The position numbers and the translations under genes are program-made. 64,000 nucleotides of DNA, from assembly GCA_049515915.1 (NCBI GenBank), contig JBEKTP010000004.1, positions 12,709 to 76,708 on the forward strand. The letters run 5' to 3'. This DNA comes from Patescibacteria group bacterium (GTDB taxonomy: Bacteria > Patescibacteriota > UBA1384 > UBA12157 > JAENIV01). This document shows positions 1 through 6,818 of this stretch, piece after piece (position 1 is the stretch's first letter; each line of letters opens with the position of its first letter). The notes below the pieces were generated by a model, which saw only the letters and a list, made by a program, of their open reading frames with translations, was not told the origin of the DNA and ran no database searches.

Positions 1-1884
1 GTATTCAACCAAATGTTTTCGAATATCAAAGTTATGACCTTCGACTTTTTTCTGGGCCGATTCGATCGAACGCGAAATGAGCGAATGCTGGATAGGCATA
101 TCTTCGGGCAGACTCATTTTCTCCATCATGCTTTTCATCCGGTCACCACCGAAAATGCGCATTAAATCGTCATCCATCGAAACATAAAATTGAGAAGAGC
201 CTGGATCACCTTGACGACCCGAGCGGCCGCGCAGCTGATTATCGATTCGGCGAGATTCATGTCTTTCGGTGCCAATCACGTGCAGGCCGCCGGCTTGAAC
301 GACTTTTTCATACGGAGTTTTATTAAACGGCGAACCGCCCAAAATAATATCAACACCGCGGCCGGCCATGTTGGTCGCCACCGTCACATTGGCAGGTTGA
401 CCCGCTTGCTCAATAATTTTTGCTTCGCGTTCATGATGTTTAGCATTTAAAACTTGATGTTTGACGCCCGAACGCTTTAAAAGCCGCGAAAGTTTTTCCG
501 ATTTTTCGATCGAAATCGTGCCCACCAAAACGGGCTGACCGCTTTCGGATCTTTTTTTAATTTCTAAAGCGACCGCTTTAAACTTGCCGTCCTCGGATTT
601 ATAAATCATGTCGTGAGCATCTTTGCGGACCATCGGTTTGTTGGTCGGAATAACCACGACGTCAAGTTTATAAATTTTATAGAATTCCTCCGCTTCGGTT
701 TCGGCCGTGCCGGTCATCCCTGCCAGTTTTTTATAAAGTCGAAATAAATTCTGAAAAGAAATAGTCGCTAAAGTGTCGGACTCGCGCTGGACTTCGACGC
801 CTTCTTTGGCTTCAATCGCTTGGTGAAGACCTTCAGAGTAGCGGCGACCAGGCATCATGCGGCCAGTAAATTCATCAACAATAATGACTTCGCCATCTTT
901 AACGACATAGTCTTTGTCTTTTTTATAGAGTGCGTGAGCAATTAAAGCTTCTTCTAAATGATGAACCAGTTCGATCGAACGGGCGTCATAAATATTTTCG
1001 ATTCCCAACATCCCTTCGATCTTCTTCATCCCGACATCCGTTAGCGAAACGGCTCGCATTTTTTCATCAACAGTGAAGTCTTCCTCCTTTGTTAATTGCG
1101 GCACCATCATTGCAAATTGGCGATATAATGACGCTGACTCCTCGGCCGGGGCAGAAATAATCAAAGGCGTGCGCGCTTCGTCAATTAAAATTGAGTCCAC
1201 TTCATCGACAATGGCGAAATTGAGCTCCGGCCTTTGCACCATTTGTTCCAAGCTCTGGACCATATTATCGCGCAAATAATCGAAACCGAATTCATTGTTG
1301 GTGCCGTAAGTAATGTCGGCGGCGTAGGCATCTTTCCGCGTCACCGGCCAGAGATTTTTCCAGGTTGGGTCGTCGGTTTCAATGTTTTCCGGTCGATAAA
1401 CCCAAGACTTATCGTATTCAATCGCCCCGACCGTTAAACCTAAAATATGATAAATCGGCCCCATCCATTGAGCATGGAATTTCGCCAAGTAATCATTAAC
1501 TGTCACAAGATGGACACCTTTACCTTCGAGCGCATTTAAATACAATGGCAGCGTCGCGACCAAGGTTTTTCCTTCGCCGGTTTTCATTTCGGCAATTTTT
1601 CCTTGGTGAAGAACCATTCCGCCGATAAGTTGAACATCAAAATGCCGCTGGCCGATTGTTCTTTTGGCCGCTTCGCGCACTAAAGCAAACGCTTCTGGCA
1701 ATATTTCATCAAGCGTCGCACCTTTTGATAATCTTTCTTTAAATTCCGCCGTTTTTTCTTTAAGTTCTTTATCGGTCAGTTTTTGAAAATCATCTTCAAG
1801 ACCATTTATCTTTTCAATAACCGGCTTAAAACCACCAATAACTTTTTCATTCGAGTCAAAAATTTTACCTAAAAACCCCAGCAT
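1..1884 (-). CDS. secA: Preprotein translocase subunit SecA (runs off the left edge)
   Basis: Manual translation from ATG at 1884: [11 protein letters not shown]...[33 protein letters not shown]; further on [22 protein letters not shown]. Not in the ORF track because it is truncated. Confidence 0.97.
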   Translation of the reverse strand, partial: MLGFLGKIFDSNEKVIGGFKPVIEKINGLEDDFQKLTDKELKEKTAEFKERLSKGATLDEILPEAFALVREAAKRTIGQRHFDVQLIGGMVLHQGKIAEMKTGEGKTLVATLPLYLNALEGKGVHLVTVNDYLAKFHAQWMGPIYHILGLTVGAIEYDKSWVYRPENIETDDPTWKNLWPVTRKDAYAADITYGTNNEFGFDYLRDNMVQSLEQMVQRPELNFAIVDEVDSILIDEARTPLIISAPAEESASLYRQFAMMVPQLTKEEDFTVDEKMRAVSLTDVGMKKIEGMLGIENIYDARSIELVHHLEEALIAHALYKKDKDYVVKDGEVIIVDEFTGRMMPGRRYSEGLHQAIEAKEGVEVQRESDTLATISFQNLFRLYKKLAGMTGTAETEAEEFYKIYKLDVVVIPTNKPMVRKDAHDMIYKSEDGKFKAVALEIKKRSESGQPVLVGTISIEKSEKLSRLLKRSGVKHQVLNAKHHEREAKIIEQAGQPANVTVATNMAGRGVDIILGGSPFNKTPYEKVVQAGGLHVIGTERHESRRIDNQLRGRSGRQGDPGSSQFYVSMDDDLMRIFGGDRMKSMMEKMSLPEDMPIQHSLISRSIESAQKKVEGHNFDIRKHLVEY

Positions 1885-1953
1885 TTTTAATATCCTTTTT
1901 TACCTAGCTCTAAATCATATTTTAGCACTTTTTTAGGTTAAATAGAAGAGACT

Positions 1954-2322
1954 TTAGAGTTCGTCTTCGGCTTCTTCTTCGAGTTCAGCTTCGTGATATT
2001 TTTGGGGATAACGCGTGCCGATTTTAACTTGTTCCTTATATTTTGAGATTTGAGTTTCCAAACGCTCTTCAATCAGATCAATCGAACCTTTATAATCAGA
2101 GGTTACTTCTTCAATATGAATTGGGTTTTTGATACCGGGTAAAGTCATGGTGAGAGAAACCGCTTTATCCACGCCGCCCTTTGGACCCATCAAATCGCTT
2201 AGAACTACTTCTAATATAGCCGGTTCAGAAACCAGTTTTTCAAACTTTCGGAGTCTTTCTTCAATATAACCTCTTAAATTATCGTCGACTTTAAACTGTT
2301 TGCCGGAAATAATTATTTTCAT
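1954..2322 (-). CDS. hpf: Ribosome hibernation promoting factor (RaiA/HPF family)
   Basis: MKIIISGKQFKVDDNLRGYIEERL...SIDLIEERLETQISKYK; the hpf-secA order is common. Confidence 0.85.
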   Translation of the reverse strand: MKIIISGKQFKVDDNLRGYIEERLRKFEKLVSEPAILEVVLSDLMGPKGGVDKAVSLTMTLPGIKNPIHIEEVTSDYKGSIDLIEERLETQISKYKEQVKIGTRYPQKYHEAELEEEAEDEL

Positions 2323-3533
2323 GACTTAATTTCTTTAAAATCCAAATATTTTTGTAATGCTTCGGGCACTTTAACCGTACCATCATTTTGATAAAAATTT
2401 TCCAAAATGGCGATCAGCATTCGGCCAATCGCCACCGCTGTGCCATTGAGAGTATGAACAAATTCATTACCTTTATCCGATTTATAGCGAATATTTAAAC
2501 GCCGCGCTTGAAAATCAGTGCAGTTACTTGATGAATGGGTTTCGCGGTATTTTTCTTGGCCGGGCAGCCAAATTTCTAAATCGACGGTTTTCGCGCAGGG
2601 CAATCCTAAATCCCCGGTACAAACTTGGACAAGGCGGTAGGGGAGACCCAAACCGGAAACTATTTTTTCTTCCAAATTTACAATCAACTCGTGTTCTTTT
2701 TCAGAGTCTTCCGACTTTGAAAAACTAAACATTTCTAATTTATCAAACTGATGAGTCCGCAATATCCCCTTCACATCTTTGCCGTAACTGCCTGCTTCAC
2801 GGCGTAGACAGGTTGAAAAACCGACAAATCTTTGCGGGACATCGATAATTTCATCCGCATAATATGGCAAAATCGATTGTTCGGAAGTGCCAATCGCTAC
2901 TAAATCATCGCTACGCATATGATACGCGTCGTCATTGGTGGCTTCAAAATGGCCCGACCCCCACGCTATGTCTTCTTTAATTAAAACTGGGGTCAAAATT
3001 GGCTTAAATCCTTCCTGCTTGATGATATCCATGGCATATTTTACCAGCGCAAACTCGAGTTCGACCGCTTCATTTTTAAGATAATAAAACCGGCTACCGG
3101 AAACTTTGCCGGCGCGTTCGATATCGATAAGATCCAAAGCTTTACCGATTGTCACATGGTCTCGGCCGGATTTCAATTTGATCTCGCCAACAGTTTTTAG
3201 GACTTTATTTGCGGCGTCAGATTTTCCTTCGGGCACATCTTTAAAAGGAATATTAGGCACTTTGACCGCTTCGACTTTGAAATTTTCTTGCGTATCGACT
3301 AACTGCGGCTCGAGATCTTTAAGCATAGCTTTAATTTCTTTGGCGTGCGTCATATCGCCCTTTTCTTTTGAAACTTTATTTTGTTCGGCCCGCAAAAGTT
3401 CGATGCGGCCTTCGAGACCGCGGCGGTCTTCATCGAGCTTTAAAAGTTTCTCCCAATCGATATTGACCCCGCGTTTGGCGATAGCCGATTTAACTTCTTC
3501 CAAATTTTCCCGAATGTATTTTATGTCAAGCAT
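2319..3533 (-). CDS. serS: Serine--tRNA ligase
   Basis: MLDIKYIREN start (ATG 3533, SD GAGGTG); motifs GTSEQ, RREAG, HQFDKLE, SNCTDFQARRL, HTLNGT. Confidence 0.98.
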   Translation of the reverse strand: MLDIKYIRENLEEVKSAIAKRGVNIDWEKLLKLDEDRRGLEGRIELLRAEQNKVSKEKGDMTHAKEIKAMLKDLEPQLVDTQENFKVEAVKVPNIPFKDVPEGKSDAANKVLKTVGEIKLKSGRDHVTIGKALDLIDIERAGKVSGSRFYYLKNEAVELEFALVKYAMDIIKQEGFKPILTPVLIKEDIAWGSGHFEATNDDAYHMRSDDLVAIGTSEQSILPYYADEIIDVPQRFVGFSTCLRREAGSYGKDVKGILRTHQFDKLEMFSFSKSEDSEKEHELIVNLEEKIVSGLGLPYRLVQVCTGDLGLPCAKTVDLEIWLPGQEKYRETHSSSNCTDFQARRLNIRYKSDKGNEFVHTLNGTAVAIGRMLIAILENFYQNDGTVKVPEALQKYLDFKEIKS

Positions 3534-3549
3534 ATTCACCTCTTAAATA

Positions 3550-4576
3550 TTATATCATCTTTTTTAGTTTTTTTCTCAAGTAATATCCATTACAATGTTT
3601 TAAAAGTCCAAGATATGATGGTAAATTTTTTTTACTTCGTTTTTGCAACATTCTCTTCTTGGTCTTGGTTCGCAAAACTCGATAATGCGGCAAAATAACA
3701 TAGCCTAAAAAATCTATGCCTTGTTTTAATTTACGCACAATAATTTTTTGAGGATGCGGTCTTAACGCAAGACGGCAATCAAGAAAAAAAGAAATTCGGC
3801 CGACCAAAATCTCTAACTCAGTGCGGTTGCCGCTTAAAATTACAAAGTCATCGCAATAGCGAAGATAATATTTGATTTTTAAACGATGTTTAATAAACTG
3901 GTCAAGTTCGTTGAGATAGATATTGGCAAAAAGCTGTGAAGTTAAATTGCCAATCGGAAGCCCAGTTCCGTTGAGGTTTAACTCGCGGATTGGATTCGTC
4001 TCTCTCTCTCTCTCTCTCGAAAAGTCCCTGCTGAACATATGGTTTATTAAAGCTACCAATAATAACTTTCAATAGCCATTGTGTGTCAGGATCGGGGACT
4101 TTTCGAGCAACAATATCAAAAAGAGCTCGATGATTGACCGAGGCAAAGAACTTTTTAACATCGCATTTTAATACCCAGCACGGCTTGGTATAATTTTTGC
4201 TGACAATCCTCGTAAATTCTTCCAGCCGTTTTACCGCCTTATGCGTACCTTTTTTATTTCGACAAGAATAAGAACCGTCCACAAAACCAGGGTCAAAAAT
4301 CGGATATAATACCCGATAAATCGCGTGGTGAACAATCCTATCTTTAACACAAGCTTTGTGAATATGCCTCGATTTAGGGTCAGTGATGTAAAATGAGGTA
4401 TAATCGGAATGCCGATAAGTTTTACTTTTAAGTTCCAAGTGCAGGCCGAATAAATTATCTTCTAAATTACGCTCAAATTCTTGAACATCAATCTTGTGGC
4501 GTTTACCCTTCCTAAACTCCTTCCAAGACCAAAATAAGTTTTCTAAAGAAATAATTTTTAAAAAGAGGTTATCCAT
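3550..4576 (-). pseudogene. DGR reverse transcriptase, frameshifted at a (GA)10 tract (possibly a reversible OFF state)
   Basis: N-half (3902..4576) has KDRIVHHA, SYSCR..KGTH, LKCDVKKFFASV. C-half (3550..4059) has GLPIGNLTSQLFANIYLNELD, YLRYCDDF, GIDFLGY. The two frames meet at the dinucleotide tract; +2 nt gives one 342-aa ORF. Confidence 0.95.
3999..4018. repeat. (TC)10/(GA)10 dinucleotide microsatellite inside the RT gene
   Basis: Plus strand reads ...ttcg tctctctctctctctctctc gaaaag... Confidence 0.97.
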
Positions 4577-4916
4577 GATTAATGATGTTCCAATTGTCCA
4601 AAAGGTTTACGACTTTTACCGTGAATTTTATCAGACTCTTCCAAGCATGCCAAAACAGGACCGTCATGTTTTAGGCGGCAAAATCCAGCAAGCCACACTT
4701 GATCTTTTAGAAGATTTAATCTCGGCCAGCCATCAAGGAAAACAAAATAAACTCGAATATTTATCGAAGGCGGCAACGAAACTGGATTTACTCAAGCTTC
4801 TTTTACGGCTGGCGGAAGATATAAAAGCCATATCTCCCAAAAGATATTTGGCGCTCTCGGAAATCTTGCAAGAAATCGGCAAGATGCTCGGCGGCTGGAT
4901 TAGAAGTCTCAACTAA
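4575..4916 (+). CDS. avd: DGR accessory variability determinant (Avd, four-helix-bundle family), 113 aa
   Basis: MINDVPIVQKVYDFY...MPKQDRHVLGGKI...LDLLKLLLRLA...EIGKMLGGW; SD-like AAGAGG at 4563-4568; sits between RT and TR. Confidence 0.9.
   Translation: MINDVPIVQKVYDFYREFYQTLPSMPKQDRHVLGGKIQQATLDLLEDLISASHQGKQNKLEYLSKAATKLDLLKLLLRLAEDIKAISPKRYLALSEILQEIGKMLGGWIRSLN
4625..4653 (-). promoter_or_regulatory. Candidate sigma70 promoter for the RT, inside the avd coding sequence
   Basis: TTGGCA (4648-4653), 17-bp spacer ending TGA, TAAAAT (4625-4630); points at the RT ATG about 50 nt downstream. Confidence 0.5.
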
Positions 4917-4920
4917 AAGC

Positions 4921-4944
4921 AAAAACTCCCGCCAATGACGGGAG
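4921..4944 (-). terminator. Hairpin plus U-tract at the 3' end of the TR RNA
   Basis: Minus strand CTCCCG-TCATTGG-CGGGAG followed by TTTTTG, 12 nt after the TR end. Confidence 0.7.
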
Positions 4945-4956
4945 AAATGAAGAAAG

Positions 4957-5084
4957 TTGCGGCGGAACGCCCACCGGTTGTTGCCATTCCAGACGTTGTC
5001 GGGGTGACCATTGTTGCCGTTGAGCCAACGTCCGTCCTCGTTGCGTTCGACGTTGAACACCTTGAGGTTGCCGTCGGAGTCCGT
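4957..5084 (-). repeat. DGR template repeat (TR)
   Basis: Ungapped 128-bp match to 5506-5633; all 23 mismatches are at TR adenines on the minus strand; rich in AAC codons (NVERNEDGRWLNGNNGHPDNVWNGNNRW). Confidence 0.97.
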
Positions 5085-5429
5085 CAAGTGCAAAACGCCC
5101 TCCGAAGTCACTGCTCCTCGATTACTCTCAGAGCTGTATTTTATTTTGGGCCATTTAACCCACTGGCGTTTTGCACCAAGTATCTTCATTTTTTAAGCAT
5201 TGCCGAATCGCTATATGCAAAGAAACTTTGCTTATAACAGGCCAATAGACCTCACTATCCCAAGCCGTAGCCGGGAATACTCCGGATTTGACAACGCCAG
5301 GATTCGGTAGCGGAAAGCCGTAACCGTCCGCATATTCACCTAATACCTTACCCATTGTTCCTTATGAGTACTTATCTGTCAAGTCAATTTTAAAAAATTT
5401 TCGAAAACCCGATTTTGAAGATACAAAAT

Positions 5430-5453
5430 CGGGCCCCGCTCTCGCGGGGCCCG
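5430..5453 (-). other. DGR target-recognition hairpin/cruciform downstream of VR/IMH
   Basis: Perfect 10-bp GC stem CGGGCCCCGC-GAGA-GCGGGGCCCG about 50 nt downstream of the VR; absent after the TR. Confidence 0.8.
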
Positions 5454-5501
5454 GACAAGACCCAAGGATCCAAAAGAAACAAGGATCCAAGGTACAAAGA
5501 A

Positions 5502-6176
5502 CTACTTGCGGCGGAACGCCCACCGGTCGTCGCCATCCCAGACGCCGGCGGGGTGACCACGGTGGCCGTAGAGCCAACGACCGCCCTCGTCGCGCGCGAC
5601 GCTGAACACCCGGAGGCGGCCGCCGGAGACCGAGATAGGCTCCATACCCACCAGAATCCACTCGCCCATCGGTTGATCGGCGTACTGAAGACGCCACTGC
5701 GGCCCGACTTCCGCCGGACAGAGACCCAGCCCCATGGAGAGCGCTTTCTCGTAGATCTGGGCCCGGGTTGCGCCGTTGGGAAATCCCAACTCGGCGACCG
5801 AGACCACCACGATATCCACGTCCTCCGGCTTCGAAGCGACATTGATCCGCTTGAGAATGTCGTCGCCCCAGTCGCCGATGCGGTAACCCGCGTCAAGGAG
5901 AGCCTTCCGCAAGTCCTTGACGGACTTGTGCGTGCCCAGCTTGATGGTCGCGAACGGCCTGCGCTCCATGATGGGTTTGCGCAGTTGCTGCTCGGCAGCC
6001 AACTGGTCGAGGAGATCGTGGTGCCGCTTCTTGAACTCGGGGTGATCCATGGCATCCTGCAGATCGGCGGTATTCCGCCGTTCTCTGCCGATAGCCTCGC
6101 AGCGCCGACCGTAGTCCTTAACCGCGTCTTCTGAGACACCTTCCTGCGTCGCTTCGAGAGTAACTCGATCTTTCAT
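5502..6176 (-). CDS. DGR target protein with C-terminal variable region (probably CLec-like fold), 224 aa
   Basis: SD AAGGAG; the last ~43 codons are the VR; CPAEVGPQWRLQY..QP.GEW motif; no signal peptide or TM segment visible. The fold is inferred from DGR targets in general. Confidence 0.92.
   Translation of the reverse strand: MKDRVTLEATQEGVSEDAVKDYGRRCEAIGRERRNTADLQDAMDHPEFKKRHHDLLDQLAAEQQLRKPIMERRPFATIKLGTHKSVKDLRKALLDAGYRIGDWGDDILKRINVASKPEDVDIVVVSVAELGFPNGATRAQIYEKALSMGLGLCPAEVGPQWRLQYADQPMGEWILVGMEPISVSGGRLRVFSVARDEGGRWLYGHRGHPAGVWDGDDRWAFRRK
5506..5633 (-). repeat. DGR variable repeat (VR) with GC-rich invariant 3' end (IMH-like)
   Basis: Copy of the TR with adenine-specific substitutions; the 3' CCGGTGGGCGTTCCGCCGCAA is identical in TR and VR, and the sequences diverge after it. 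Confidence 0.97.
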
Positions 6177-6354
6177 CGGTTACTTCTCCTTTACTCTGTG
6201 TTTTTTTTAACTAGGTCTACACCTGACCCGCAGTCGCTGGTCTATCCTCTAGGAGGAAGCCCAACGATCTGATGATATCTTAACGCTTCCAGGTTGGAAA
6301 CGCCATTTTAATGTGCACTCACGATAAGATTAACTCATCGTGAAGTAACCAGTT

Positions 6355-6383
6355 AGTATAGCACAATTATACCAAAAAATCAA
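6355..6383 (-). promoter_or_regulatory. Sigma70 promoter of the DGR target gene
   Basis: TTGATT-17 bp (ending TGC)-TATACT. Confidence 0.7.
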
Positions 6384-6424
6384 GGTCTTGGCCCTGATTT
6401 TGCGGTAAGAATTTCCCTTTTAAC

Positions 6425-6727
6425 CTATTTTAATATTCCTAACTTCGCCTCAATTTTCGACAACCTTTGTTTTACTTCGATAAGTTCGTCACGTCTGACC
6501 ATTTCCGTCGCTATAAATTCCAAATGAGAAATATCTTTTCTAATTTGTTTTTGACCTTTAACCAAACTGGTATGAATGGTAGTAATGGCATCAAATTCTC
6601 TTTTTGCCATCGCCGCTAAACTACCAACCTCACCTTCAATCTTTTTTTCCAATTTTTTCTCAGTTTGGTTGGCCCTTTTATCAACGATTGTGCTAATCTG
6701 CTTTAAGTCGTCAGTAGTTAATGTCAT
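6425..6727 (-). CDS. Hypothetical coiled-coil protein
   Basis: 100-aa helical ORF; TTGACA-17-TAATAT promoter ends 6 nt before the ATG. Confidence 0.7.
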   Translation of the reverse strand: MTLTTDDLKQISTIVDKRANQTEKKLEKKIEGEVGSLAAMAKREFDAITTIHTSLVKGQKQIRKDISHLEFIATEMVRRDELIEVKQRLSKIEAKLGILK

Positions 6728-6757
6728 ATTATGATATTAAAAGTTTTAATATTGCTT

Positions 6758-6789
6758 GTCAACATCCACGGCCTAAAGGCCGTGGCTTG
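6758..6789 (+). mobile_element. Solo IS200/IS605-like end (subterminal hairpin), no transposase
   Basis: GTCAACAT-CCACGGCC-TAAA-GGCCGTGG-CTTG; resembles, from memory, the GTCAAC...CTAAAG...GCTTG ends of IS200/IS605 and IscB elements. Confidence 0.55.
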
Positions 6790-6818
6790 TGGCAGACTCT
6801 TGTTCCTACTGGAACAAG

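Larger units (their letters stand above)
4921..5347 (-). ncRNA. Putative DGR template RNA (structured 5' leader + TR + 3' hairpin), about 430 nt
   Basis: Candidate promoter TTGACA(5377-5382)-17-AACAAT(5354-5359); 12-bp long-range stem 5088-5099/5165-5176; several local hairpins; 3' terminator. The ends are inferred. Confidence 0.6.

Noticed and set aside
190-1437. Plus-strand ORFs 190..450, 1073..1279 and 1234..1437
   Set aside because: Antisense shadows of secA, which the ORF track missed because it is truncated.
4494-4574. Longer avd start given by the ORF track (4494)
   Set aside because: It would overlap the RT by about 80 nt; the ATG at 4575 has an SD and gives a typical Avd length.
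3550-4576. RT as a group II intron maturase, retron or CRISPR-associated RT
   Set aside because: Short RT with no maturase/endonuclease extension, no cas genes or array; Avd and an A-specific TR/VR pair identify it as a DGR RT.
4803-5237. ORFs 4803..5189 (-), 4935..5237 (+) and 5011..5196 (+) as a second target gene
   Set aside because: They are read-throughs of the TR and its flanks; similarity to the target is confined to the TR.
5362-6139. Long alternative-frame ORFs over the target gene (249 aa, 239 aa, 111 aa)
   Set aside because: Expected in GC-rich DNA with few stops; only 5502..6176 has an SD and puts the TR AAC codons in frame.
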